Positions 50,101 through 58,990 of a stretch of DNA of 64,000 nt are shown in pieces. A program made the translations under genes and the position numbers. The notes beneath the pieces were generated by a model. It did not search any database. It was not told where the DNA came from and was given only the letters and a program-made list of their open reading frames with translations. The stretch lies in the IMG/VR virus record IMGVR_UViG_3300023184_004198, positions 148,615-212,614 of that record; one strand, 5' to 3'. The first letter of the stretch is position 1. Each line of letters starts with the position of its first letter.

Positions 50101-52059
50101 CGACGTGCCATGTATGCCGAACCTGTACGTCCTTATGACGGAGTTGATACCAGCAGAGAGTATGAATTTTACGACCGACGGTCTGGTGCAGTGGTAGCCA
50201 CATTCCGTGCCAGTGATGATGATGCAGCCATAGCAAAACTGGATCAGTTCCGCGCAGCCCAAGTGCGAACACAGGGAATAACAGTGCCTCAAGCCAATGA
50301 GATATACGGTGTTCGTTCATCAGGAGTGGTCACTGCGCCGCCCAGAGATAGACCATCCACTGCTCCTATTCCAGGAAGCACCTTGGATCTACAACGTCAA
50401 CGACTGGCACAGGCACAATCGGGCGGCAACTGGGGTATTCTAATCACATCAAATGGTCGATTTGTTCGCATGTCTGGCACAGGTGATCCAACTGATAGAG
50501 CCCTGCGCAGATTTCCAAGTCGTGAGGCTGCTGAAGAATTTCTAGCACAAACTCGTGCAGAAAATCCCAACATGAGAACTGACATTGAGATTCGTGAGAT
50601 TCCTGCAGATTATCAATCACCCGGCCAACCTGCAGCAGCAATTCCCACCATTGACATTGATGTTGAACCTGCACCAGCACCACAGCCAGCGGGCATGGGA
50701 CAATGGAACGGACAATGGCGGGTCTTGGTTGGCGGTCAAGAAGTATACCGTTTTGGTGGTGTGGGCAACAGTCAAGCAGACGCCAATAGAATAGCAGCCG
50801 CTTGGTTGCGTGACAACGGACAAGGTGTATCTGGCGAAGGCTTTGAAGTATATCCGGTGATGAACGAAAGTTTGACTGAATCCAATCAACTGCAATTAAA
50901 AGATTTTGTGGTTACAATAAGTCCACATGCCCTGAGCCAAGCATATAACAAGGGTGTGGATGTTGACATTGTAGATGACATTTTGCGCAACATCAGTACA
51001 GTCAAAGATCGTATCATGAGCCTAGAACCTGGCAGAGCCCTGATCCTTCACAACGGACAAGGTACTGGCTTAGGCGTTCGTCGACAACAAGGCAACCGAT
51101 TGACCTTGGCCACAGTGTTTCCCACCAGTCCAGGATTTACTAAAGGCAAACATCCAACTTTTCGAGTTGAAGCAAACACTGTAGATGAAGGTGTAACGTC
51201 TGCCATGGATGCTGACCAAGTATTACACTATGTAAAAAAAACACATGGCGCCGACAAATTCAACATTGAATACAGCATAACTGATCATCCCCAGTGGGAA
51301 TTAAAAAATATTCCGTTGTCACAGTTGCACTTGGATCCTGATGGTGAACAACAGGATCCTTACAATAGAACCAACTGGGTTGACTACGATGTTGTGCGTG
51401 ATTTGATACCTAAGATCAAAAGCGTTCTGAAAAATACACCTATTGTGGTAGACGCCGACGGTTGGATCATTGACGGAAATCATCGTGCCATGGCAGCACT
51501 AGATGCAGGATTAACAAGTGTGCCTGCACTTGTACCTGTTATAGTTAAAGAAGATCTGACAGAAGCCAAAACAACCCGAGAAGATTTTGAGGGTATGACC
51601 ATTGAGATGATTAAAAATGGTCATGTATTAGTGATCAATGCGATTGATGATTGGGGCAATAATATCCTGGGTTCTGTTGCTTTCAATATTGGTGATGACA
51701 ATGATTTAGATCCACAAGACTTAAAGGTCGATGAAAGATATCAAGGTCAAGGTATTGCTCGAGTCATGTATGATTATGCAAAAAGCAAGGGCTACGAGAT
51801 TCATCGTAGTTATGACCAAACTGATGCCGGTCGAGGCTTTTGGGACAAGCATCGCGGAGCGGATGTGCGTGTATGGGAAAACTTTGCGGATGGCAAGAAT
51901 CCCGGACGCAAGGGTTTGAGCAAGCGTGTAGGAGTCAACACCAAAGCGTCAGTGAGTGATTTACGTAAGACTGCTAAAAATTCATCAGGTGAGAAACAAC
52001 GCATGGCCCACTGGCTGGCCAACATGAAAGCCGGCAGAGCCAAGGCCAAGAAGAAATGA
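47143..52059 (+). CDS. 1638-aa polyvalent protein: Pol-beta NTase, zincin peptidase, amidoligase, ParB-like, GNAT and basic modules
   Basis: GSNA.Y...SDIDLH; AHELVH; GMEFE...LEFVSPPL...TGLHIN...IEFRS; IDGNHRA; YQGQGIARVMY. Confidence 0.85.
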   Translation: MNINELDSYNLADAVKFHRRLNPRIWGRDEHLLPEVREKLLAIAADFQEFLGVDDLNVQDITISGSNAAYSYTKNSDIDLHLVVEMPDDPVYQELFNAKKYQYNDEHNIKIGGADVELYVQPSDQAHHSQGIYSIQDNQWLQVPQRKRAQIDDACVRDKVADLDARIHAAVKSKNIDAVTTLWNKIKTMRQAGLEQHGEFGCENIAFKMLRNSGCIGALKDAKTALQDRELSLHEEPRKRFRYGYGSTMVEASTPDGVSPTTQMFLNEDDEIETKVRDFIQHVTTELGIDPMPEIHLHTDPEWSVHNHSFGRYDPDSHTLNVSMPNRHILDVLRTVAHELVHCSQNQQHGHLPDDAGETGSRWENDANARAGIIMRDWANAHPEDFEQAPLAENASGYIPKNKREAARPQYAMALSVDIKPGQVGKEANKLALKTGRNGEPGLLQPDAQNLLREFAEFAEEQENLFEITMSPSSLRKLSAQTGALAGMEFEMCVPNVEGNDDGDQEPDYDYDERCRSIEDAVQFFYDGDWNGRRDVERMRERMQSDFSDWLMDKVYQDWERHGEEYLEEWVPNNVDESEWNPEGLEGEARQEALEEYIAAMHADAGSSGDAFDEYREENQESYDESDWLDDEDLDRMSSIENAYSMNWPHWTNPGRGETSIEDIADSFRDAVGRPILASTSYHSSRVERPSTKNLEYIVEPDSSIDVDDNDDRGLEFVSPPLPIEELLSDLNKVKAWADRTGCYTNDSTGLHINVSVPGWSGDLSQLDYVKLALLLGDEHVLESFGRAGNTYCKSAMGKIQKAVKQNPDKAEELLERMRQGMDQLASKAIHSGVTDKYTSINPKNGYIEFRSPGGDWLNDNFKEIDNTLRRFTVALSAAVDPKAYRQEYLKKLYKLLDVHSEKDPLSYFAKFAAGELPKAALKSFVRQAQLERGVKRGKETGPMWWRVYKEGKNAANGAVIEVVASSREEALDKAAEEWGVFSNEYRRAMYAEPVRPYDGVDTSREYEFYDRRSGAVVATFRASDDDAAIAKLDQFRAAQVRTQGITVPQANEIYGVRSSGVVTAPPRDRPSTAPIPGSTLDLQRQRLAQAQSGGNWGILITSNGRFVRMSGTGDPTDRALRRFPSREAAEEFLAQTRAENPNMRTDIEIREIPADYQSPGQPAAAIPTIDIDVEPAPAPQPAGMGQWNGQWRVLVGGQEVYRFGGVGNSQADANRIAAAWLRDNGQGVSGEGFEVYPVMNESLTESNQLQLKDFVVTISPHALSQAYNKGVDVDIVDDILRNISTVKDRIMSLEPGRALILHNGQGTGLGVRRQQGNRLTLATVFPTSPGFTKGKHPTFRVEANTVDEGVTSAMDADQVLHYVKKTHGADKFNIEYSITDHPQWELKNIPLSQLHLDPDGEQQDPYNRTNWVDYDVVRDLIPKIKSVLKNTPIVVDADGWIIDGNHRAMAALDAGLTSVPALVPVIVKEDLTEAKTTREDFEGMTIEMIKNGHVLVINAIDDWGNNILGSVAFNIGDDNDLDPQDLKVDERYQGQGIARVMYDYAKSKGYEIHRSYDQTDAGRGFWDKHRGADVRVWENFADGKNPGRKGLSKRVGVNTKASVSDLRKTAKNSSGEKQRMAHWLANMKAGRAKAKKK

Positions 52060-52592
52060 AGATGTTAAAAAAATTTCCGCAGTTGGCTACATCTGCTATG
52101 TTGTTTGCTCCCTCGTTGGATGAGCATTACAAAATATTTGCTACGTTTTTCAATGACAAAGATACAGTATTGGATGTAGGGTATGGTGATGGCAGTTTTG
52201 CTAGATACATAGGTGCAGTTGGAGTAGACGAAAATACTGATCTCAGCACAATCAATTTGCAACAATTCGATACATTATTATTTTCTGAATCAATAGGGTA
52301 TTTGAGTTATTATGAATTTTTAACATACTTCAATCAAGTTCAACCTAAAAAAATAGTGATCAAAGATTTTTTGTGTACCCAACCCGTTGCTGTTCCATAT
52401 TTTAATTACAACTTTGAATTTTTTCATTCAACAATTTTGCCTTTTTTATTGAAACAAGGATATCACGCAAATGTTTCGATGTTTGATCCACACGTTGGCC
52501 GTTGGATCTCGTTGTTAGAACAATGCGGACTAGAATTTGTACCTGCACTGGACATTAAAAATATAATTGCAGTGTTTGAAAGATCATTATGA
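52056..52592 (+). CDS. SAM-dependent methyltransferase (AT-rich)
   Basis: VLDVGYGDG; FSESIGY; IKDF. Confidence 0.7.
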   Translation: MKMLKKFPQLATSAMLFAPSLDEHYKIFATFFNDKDTVLDVGYGDGSFARYIGAVGVDENTDLSTINLQQFDTLLFSESIGYLSYYEFLTYFNQVQPKKIVIKDFLCTQPVAVPYFNYNFEFFHSTILPFLLKQGYHANVSMFDPHVGRWISLLEQCGLEFVPALDIKNIIAVFERSL

Positions 52593-53017
52593 GAAACTAC
52601 ATCAACCTAATCGAAGCAGTACAACGGGGTTGTCCCTTGGCCACACATGACATTGATGAGAACTTGAAGAATCGTCAAACAGCCATAGATGAATATCACT
52701 ATGGTCCTGCCAATCCTGCCCGTGCTGAAGACTACTGGAAAAAGAGTGCCAAGATTTTTGGTGTCAGTGAGGCCACTGCAAAGACCATGCAATGTGGCAA
52801 CTGTGCGGCATTTGATGTCAGTGACAGCATGAGAGAATGTATTGCTGCGGGCATACGTGGTGATGCCACCGGAGTTGATGCCAACGCCAGCATCAACTTG
52901 GCTGACCTGGGCTACTGTAACTTTTTACACTTCAAGTGTGCAGGCACACGTAGTTGCAAGGCCTGGATCACTGGTGGGCCCATCACCGAAAAAGACAAAA
53001 ATAAAAGCGCGGACTGA
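52589..53017 (+). CDS. Cys-rich (HiPIP-like spacing) protein with leader
   Basis: MRNYINLIE leader; CGNC.AF...GYC.....C...RSC.AW. Confidence 0.65.
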   Translation: MRNYINLIEAVQRGCPLATHDIDENLKNRQTAIDEYHYGPANPARAEDYWKKSAKIFGVSEATAKTMQCGNCAAFDVSDSMRECIAAGIRGDATGVDANASINLADLGYCNFLHFKCAGTRSCKAWITGGPITEKDKNKSAD

Positions 53018-53020
53018 ACT

Positions 53021-53596
53021 GTGCAACAACATGAATTCACTGCTGAAGCCAGCCCGGACACATTGTCAGGTAGTTTTACTCCAGATCTTGTGAGCAGCAA
53101 GACTTGGTTGTGTAATCAACTCAAAAAACAACTGGGCGATACCAGTGCTGGCGACATCTATATCTTGGGCTCATGGTACGGCAACCTGGGCATATTTTTA
53201 CAGCAGGCCAACATTGACTTTGATCGCTTGATCATGGTAGAAACTCGTCCACGCTTGTTGGCCACAGCACGCCGACTGCTAGAACCACTATATCAAGCGG
53301 GGCAACTAAAGTTGGTGCTGGGTCGTGCTGAACAAATTGAGTATCCACGCAAAAACTTCACAGTGATCAACACCAGCGCCAACGACATGAGTCGTAGTTG
53401 GATAACTAGAGTACCCCTGGGCACTCTTACTGTGATACAATCACGTGACAATGTCAAAGACGTCAAGGTCATTACAGACACAGCAGCACAGTTTTATGCC
53501 AAGTTTCCCCTGGAAAACACTGTGTATTGGGGGCAACGCAGACTGCGTGATCCAGAAACACGCTACACACGCTTCATGAAGATTGGCTATAAATAA
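53021..53596 (+). CDS. Rossmann/methyltransferase-like protein with leader
   Basis: SK.WL, ILGSWYG, INTS, RFM.IG; GTG start. Confidence 0.65.
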   Translation: MQQHEFTAEASPDTLSGSFTPDLVSSKTWLCNQLKKQLGDTSAGDIYILGSWYGNLGIFLQQANIDFDRLIMVETRPRLLATARRLLEPLYQAGQLKLVLGRAEQIEYPRKNFTVINTSANDMSRSWITRVPLGTLTVIQSRDNVKDVKVITDTAAQFYAKFPLENTVYWGQRRLRDPETRYTRFMKIGYK

Positions 53597-53602
53597 ACAA
53601 TC

Positions 53603-53956
53603 ATGAAGTACAGAGAAATTCTTGAAGCCTGCTGGACTGGTTATCGCCAAGCAGGCATGAAAAACAAAGGTGGTCGCCAGGTGCCCAATTGTGTACCAGT
53701 GCATGAAGCTGAACTGGAAGAAAATCTCCGTGACTGGTTCAAAGAAAAATGGGTGCGTTTTGGGCCTGATGGCAAAATTCGCGGCGATTGTGCCAGAGGA
53801 TCAGAATCGGAGGGCAAGCCCAAGTGTTTGCCCCAGGCCAAAGCACATGCCTTGGGCAAAAAAGGTCGTGCAAGTGCAGCGGCTCGCAAGCGCAGAGAAG
53901 ATCCCAACCCCAACCGTACAGGAAAGGCCATCAACGTGGCCACTAAAAAGAAATGA
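53603..53956 (+). CDS. Leader-bearing protein made of two basic Cys micro-domains
   Basis: MKYREILE|ACW.GY...VPNCVP; LEE|NLRDWFKEKWV...C...KPKCLP. Confidence 0.75.
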   Translation: MKYREILEACWTGYRQAGMKNKGGRQVPNCVPVHEAELEENLRDWFKEKWVRFGPDGKIRGDCARGSESEGKPKCLPQAKAHALGKKGRASAAARKRREDPNPNRTGKAINVATKKK

Positions 53957-55464
53957 TCATAGACGAACTATTTGAAGCCCCACAACAGTGTCCCGAATGC
54001 GGTGGCATCAGTTTCTCAGACTTGATCTTGGCTGAAAAGAAAGACGCCTGCTACTACAAAGTCAAAGCGTCAGCCAAAGTATGGCCGTCGGCGTATGCGT
54101 CAGGACGCTTGGTACAGTGCCGCAAAAAAGGTGCTGCCAACTATGGCAACAAGTCGGAAGGTGTGGCGGAAGTATACAATGCAATTACTGGTGCATTACT
54201 AGCATACGATGAGCATGAAAAAAACAAGGGTGTGGCGGAAGGCTCCGGCAACGTTGGCAATGCTATTAAATCTTTATACCAAAAGATCTATGCTGCTGGC
54301 GACGATGAAATAGAATATTTCTACAACGACAGTCCCATTTTTGCACAATACTGGGACGAATACGAAGGTGATCTAAACTCAATCATTGCCGAAGTTGATC
54401 CCGGCGAATTACAAGTAATGCTAGACGAATTAGAATCCTATGCTCAACAGGCAGGGTTGGCGGAAGAACAAGAGTTAGACGAAAAGTGGAGCCAAAAATA
54501 CAAGAGTTCAATCAACTGTGCCAACCCCAAGGGCTTCTCACAAAAGGCACACTGTGCTGGTCGTAAGAAAAATGAATCAATAGCAGAAGCACCACTACCT
54601 GGACAACGTCGTGACCCATTGGATCTTCAACCGTTGGAAGGTGGGTCAGCCGGTGGAGGATCTCTTGGCAGCGGCATTGGCCCACGTCCTGTTGAGCCTT
54701 TGCCTAAGTGGACTCCAACACGAATACCCGGAGTTGATGTTCACACTGGTCCACCTCCTGTGGTAACAAAACCCCCAAACATCAATTCAAAAATAGATCC
54801 AGCTGCAGAAGTACCTGCTTATGTAAGACAAGGTAAACCAGATCCTGTTACTACACCTGTTGGCAAACCCAAAATTCAAATCAAGCCTGGCGAGACCATG
54901 GATCAGGCCATACAACGCACCCGGGCCGAACAAGAATTCAGCAATTTTCTCAAGGGCCAAGGCGGTCAGTCATTTGGCACTGCAGGTGGCGGGCGTGGAG
55001 GTCAAGGTGGGCCAACAGCCTCTCAAGCAACATCTGGCTCTGACCAAGTACCAACAATAAGACTTCCCGGTGGGAAATTAAGCGTGGATCCCGATCGTTT
55101 GTCTCCAAGTGGCAATTATAAAACACCGGCAACATCATCAGATCATGTCGGGGACAAAGAAGCCTATAATGCAGCCTTGAAGATACGAAAAGATCAGTGG
55201 AATCAACTGAAGACTGGCAAAGAAAAAGAAGGCGAGAAACGTCGAAGTGCATGGAAAAATCCCGAAACTGACGTAGACCTAGAAGAAACACGTAAAAAAC
55301 GTGAGCAGCCTGAAGCCAACTACGACGACGAATACGATGCCATGGTTGCTAGAGTTAAAAAATTAGCCGGATTGGGTCCCATGAAAACTGTGTATGATCC
55401 CAACAAGCGACAATATCGCAACATGCCCACAGCAGTACAACCCAAAGTACAGCCTAAAAAATGA
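53953..55464 (+). CDS. Leader-bearing modular polyprotein
   Basis: MIIDELFE; modules bounded by LAE, GVAE, GVAE, GLAE, LDE, IAE, LEE. Confidence 0.8.
   Translation: MIIDELFEAPQQCPECGGISFSDLILAEKKDACYYKVKASAKVWPSAYASGRLVQCRKKGAANYGNKSEGVAEVYNAITGALLAYDEHEKNKGVAEGSGNVGNAIKSLYQKIYAAGDDEIEYFYNDSPIFAQYWDEYEGDLNSIIAEVDPGELQVMLDELESYAQQAGLAEEQELDEKWSQKYKSSINCANPKGFSQKAHCAGRKKNESIAEAPLPGQRRDPLDLQPLEGGSAGGGSLGSGIGPRPVEPLPKWTPTRIPGVDVHTGPPPVVTKPPNINSKIDPAAEVPAYVRQGKPDPVTTPVGKPKIQIKPGETMDQAIQRTRAEQEFSNFLKGQGGQSFGTAGGGRGGQGGPTASQATSGSDQVPTIRLPGGKLSVDPDRLSPSGNYKTPATSSDHVGDKEAYNAALKIRKDQWNQLKTGKEKEGEKRRSAWKNPETDVDLEETRKKREQPEANYDDEYDAMVARVKKLAGLGPMKTVYDPNKRQYRNMPTAVQPKVQPKK
54160..54240 (+). repeat. Direct repeat GGTGTGGCGGAA(G) encoding GVAE
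   Basis: Copies at 54160-54171 and 54229-54240; variant GGGTTGGCGGAA at 54454-54465. Confidence 0.85.
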
Positions 55465-56285
55465 GAGCCCAAGAATTCATCAATGAGGCAACTGATATAA
55501 ATGCACCGCCACCTAATGTCAGGTGGAGCATGGATACAGACGTAGAAGATGGTAAACCAGTGCATGTAGCCACCTGGAAAGATCCCAAAGGCAACAATGT
55601 AAGAAGTTTTTTCAAACCAAATGATGAAGGTACATCTGCCAGGGTATTGTTTGATCGGCCAGACAAAGAAGGCAATCCTTCATACAGTAGAACTGGTCAA
55701 GGTAACGCACCACAAGTTTTTACTGGAGCATTAAGCAATACTAAAACTTTTTTAGATAATAATCCCAATATCCAATCAGTAAATTTTGACAGTCAGGCGC
55801 CTACCCGTAGTAGTCTCTATGCCAGGATGATCGACAAACACGCACCACAAGCAGGCTTGGTTGGCTCAGCAAATGTGAAAACACCTGCTTATGGCGAAGT
55901 AGAGTTTGCACTAAATCGCGCCACAAACGATCAACAACATCAGCCCATTTACAAGCAAGTACGTGATAGTATACCAGCGTTGCAGAAGGATTTTAGAAAT
56001 CCTCCTGGTACACGTTTAGGAGCACCTGTTCCGCAAACTGATTCCCCAACTGGTCCAAAAACTGGTCCGGGTGTTAGCCTAGAGAGACCGCCAGGCTATA
56101 AACAAAACACTGGTAGTTCTACCGCTGCTGCAACAAAATTACCACCGTCCGGAAAGGCTATTCCTCCCTCTGTGACGGGCCAACCGTTTACTCCTAGTTT
56201 TGCTGGTTCCCACAGCAACTCTCCTGGTGCCCAGGCCTTCCAGGACTATCAAGATTGGTTCAAACGGAAGATGCCCCGCATTTAA
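55461..56285 (+). CDS. Leader-bearing hypothetical protein
   Basis: MRAQEFINE; R.SLY.RM motif; Pro-rich tail. Confidence 0.75.
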   Translation: MRAQEFINEATDINAPPPNVRWSMDTDVEDGKPVHVATWKDPKGNNVRSFFKPNDEGTSARVLFDRPDKEGNPSYSRTGQGNAPQVFTGALSNTKTFLDNNPNIQSVNFDSQAPTRSSLYARMIDKHAPQAGLVGSANVKTPAYGEVEFALNRATNDQQHQPIYKQVRDSIPALQKDFRNPPGTRLGAPVPQTDSPTGPKTGPGVSLERPPGYKQNTGSSTAAATKLPPSGKAIPPSVTGQPFTPSFAGSHSNSPGAQAFQDYQDWFKRKMPRI

Positions 56286-56290
56286 TTAAT

Positions 56291-56932
56291 ATGAGAGCAC
56301 GAGAATTCATCAGAGAACTGGACGTAAATCCCATAGCAGGTCAAGAGTTTGATCGGTATGGCCGTCAAGATATTGCAGGACTCGATGCAAGTGAAAAACT
56401 AGGACCGGGTACGGCATCAGTGCAGGGAATTGCAAGGTCGTCTCCAGATTTTGATCCAACACATATTGACAGCAATATTTCTGCAAATTATAGATTGCCA
56501 TTGGGCAAAGGCGACGTTAGTGCTGGTGTTGTAAAAAATTACAATTCTCCTGACAACCAATACAATGTTCAAGGAAATCTTCCTGTGGCAGGTGGTAATT
56601 TCTCTGCTGGAGTTTCTGCTGCCAAAGGCCAACCCAACAATTTTAACTTGGGATATTCTCGTACAGTGGGCCCGGGGCAACTTGATCTTGGCGTCAACAA
56701 GCAAGCCCAAGGCGGACCAAGCAACGTGCAAGCCCGCTACACCATGCCTTTTGAAGAAGAATTAGATGAACAGCAACTGGACGAACTCAACTTCTTGGGA
56801 AGTGAATGCACCAAAGACTGTTCAGGACATCGTGCCGGATATGAGTGGTCAAAGCGCAAAGGTCTGCGCCAAGCCAATTCATGGTCGCCCAGTTTCAACA
56901 AAGGTGCTGGCCTGGCAGTAGCAGGAAAATAA
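56291..56932 (+). CDS. Leader-bearing protein with beta-hairpin repeat domain and Cys micro-domain
   Basis: MRAREFIRE; four amphipathic hairpins ending ARYTMPF; LDE|LNF...CTKDCSGH.AGY.W. Confidence 0.75.
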   Translation: MRAREFIRELDVNPIAGQEFDRYGRQDIAGLDASEKLGPGTASVQGIARSSPDFDPTHIDSNISANYRLPLGKGDVSAGVVKNYNSPDNQYNVQGNLPVAGGNFSAGVSAAKGQPNNFNLGYSRTVGPGQLDLGVNKQAQGGPSNVQARYTMPFEEELDEQQLDELNFLGSECTKDCSGHRAGYEWSKRKGLRQANSWSPSFNKGAGLAVAGK

Positions 56933-56964
56933 CACCCTAGCCATCAATTGCAAATACATAATGC

Positions 56965-57807
56965 ATGATTGATATTGTCACAGTTGTTTTTGAACCCGAA
57001 ATCCCCATTTTAAGAGCACAAGCACAAAGTATTGCACTAAACTGCCAACGCATTGGCATACGCAACATCTATGTGGTGTTGAATGATGTAGAAACCGTTG
57101 CGGCACAAATTGACCCATCCTGGTGGGGACCGCTAGCCAACGCAGTGTTGGTGATCCCACGCACAGCATTCTCTACACCTTTTGTGGCGAATGGCTGGGT
57201 TAGTCAGCAGGTACTAAAAATGTTGACCGCTGCAATGAGTTACAACACTTATTCAATGATCTTGGATGCCAAGACTATATTTGTGCGTGAACTAGATCCT
57301 GACACAGTAGTAGATGCCACAGGTCGAATACTCACCGGTCGGTGCCCTATATACCCTGTGTTTGAGCCCAGTAAAAAAATAGTAGAGCAGTTGTTTGAAG
57401 TTGAACTGCCAGAGCAACTGGGCCCAGGTGGAGTTCCGTTTATTGTACACAATGACACAGTACGAATGATGATTGCTGAAACCACCTTGCGCACACGCAC
57501 ATCATTTCCTGCGTGGTTCCAACAACAAGGTATGGTAACAGAATTTATCTTGTACGCAGGATTTGTAAAATTCTTGTGTGGTGATTTATCAGTGTTGTAT
57601 GATGAACAAAACAAACTTGGGCACGTGGTCAATGTCAGTCACGACGAAACTGATTCTTGGTTGATCAAAATCAGTCAAATGGCAAATAAAAAAGCCATCA
57701 CAGTGAGTGTGCATAGAGGTGCGTGGGCCAGACTCACCACGCAACAACGCCAAGAGTATCGCGACTTGCTGATACAACGTGGTATAGAAGCAGCAGGCGA
57801 CTTATGA
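56965..57807 (+). CDS. DUF6492-like putative glycosyltransferase
   Basis: GW.SQQ.LK, ILDAK.IF, TEF.LY. Confidence 0.65.
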   Translation: MIDIVTVVFEPEIPILRAQAQSIALNCQRIGIRNIYVVLNDVETVAAQIDPSWWGPLANAVLVIPRTAFSTPFVANGWVSQQVLKMLTAAMSYNTYSMILDAKTIFVRELDPDTVVDATGRILTGRCPIYPVFEPSKKIVEQLFEVELPEQLGPGGVPFIVHNDTVRMMIAETTLRTRTSFPAWFQQQGMVTEFILYAGFVKFLCGDLSVLYDEQNKLGHVVNVSHDETDSWLIKISQMANKKAITVSVHRGAWARLTTQQRQEYRDLLIQRGIEAAGDL

Positions 57808-58316
57808 AAGCACTTTGTTTGGTAGCACATCCTGATGACTGTGTGATATTTGCGTACAGTTACATCTACAATCATTCTGAGCATGACTGGACCATTGGGT
57901 ATCTGACCTACACCGCGGAAGAACCACGTGCTGCAGAACTTGCAGCCTTTTGGCAACGTCGTGGTATACCTTGTGTGTTTTTGGGATTTGAGGATCACTG
58001 GCATGACAATGAACTAAAACAATTTACTCGATGGACAGAAGAACGTGCTGAGCGAGCCTGTTGGGAATTGGCCCGGCAGTTTGACCTGGTGCTCACACAT
58101 GATGAGCATGGAGACTATGGACACATACATCATGCATTGGTACACCGTGCAGTACAATGGCATCCGTGCCTGGTAACATTTGCTCCGCCTGGACAAGGCA
58201 CAACATACACTGTGCCTAATACTGCATACAGCCTGGATGAGTTGCCACGGCACGCCAACATCATTGCTGGTTTTCACACTATACAACATCAAAATAGTTA
58301 CAAAGAACCCGTATGA
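57804..58316 (+). CDS. PIG-L family de-N-acetylase
   Basis: VAHPDD; LTHD..GDYGH.HH. Confidence 0.8.
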   Translation: MKALCLVAHPDDCVIFAYSYIYNHSEHDWTIGYLTYTAEEPRAAELAAFWQRRGIPCVFLGFEDHWHDNELKQFTRWTEERAERACWELARQFDLVLTHDEHGDYGHIHHALVHRAVQWHPCLVTFAPPGQGTTYTVPNTAYSLDELPRHANIIAGFHTIQHQNSYKEPV

Positions 58317-58984
58317 ACTTAGTAATTTGCGGCGACAGTTTTATGAGCGCTGATACTGGTCGCCCAGGCACACACTTCAGTGAACTTTTAACAACATATG
58401 GTCATTCAGTTATTAATTTAGCACGTGGAGGTATTAGCAATATTGGCATTGCATTTCAACTTGAAACAGCAGTAAACCTTAAGCCAGACATGGTTATATT
58501 TTCATCAACAGGGCCAGATAGAATTGATATTGTTGTAAAAAATAGAAAATTTAATCCTAAATTAGGATTGAAAAATTTTATATATCCTTATAAATCTGAT
58601 TCAAGCACAGGAAGCAAACATGTTGGAGGATTAGATTCATCAGTGCTGTCTGACGTGATTCCTGCGTTTTTATCTCCGCGACCCGACTTGCCTGTTGAAT
58701 TAAATGATCCTGATAGAATTGAATCAATTAAACAGTATCTGGCATTGTACCATGATGCTAGTTTTAAAAACGTTACAGATAATTGGATAATAGGATATTG
58801 GAAATATAAATTAATTGAAAAACAAATACCGTTTATATACCTGCATCATGGCAGCAAATTAGGAAAATTAATGTACGAATACGTAAAACAAAATCCAGAT
58901 AAAATAACGCAATCTGTATATCACACTGATGAACAGACACAAATTTTGATAGCATTAGAATTAAAAAATGAATTAGAAAGATAA
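58313..58984 (+). CDS. SGNH-hydrolase-like protein (AT-rich)
   Basis: GDSF, NLARGG.SN, C-terminal YH. Confidence 0.65.
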   Translation: MNLVICGDSFMSADTGRPGTHFSELLTTYGHSVINLARGGISNIGIAFQLETAVNLKPDMVIFSSTGPDRIDIVVKNRKFNPKLGLKNFIYPYKSDSSTGSKHVGGLDSSVLSDVIPAFLSPRPDLPVELNDPDRIESIKQYLALYHDASFKNVTDNWIIGYWKYKLIEKQIPFIYLHHGSKLGKLMYEYVKQNPDKITQSVYHTDEQTQILIALELKNELER

Positions 58985-58990
58985 CAAGTT

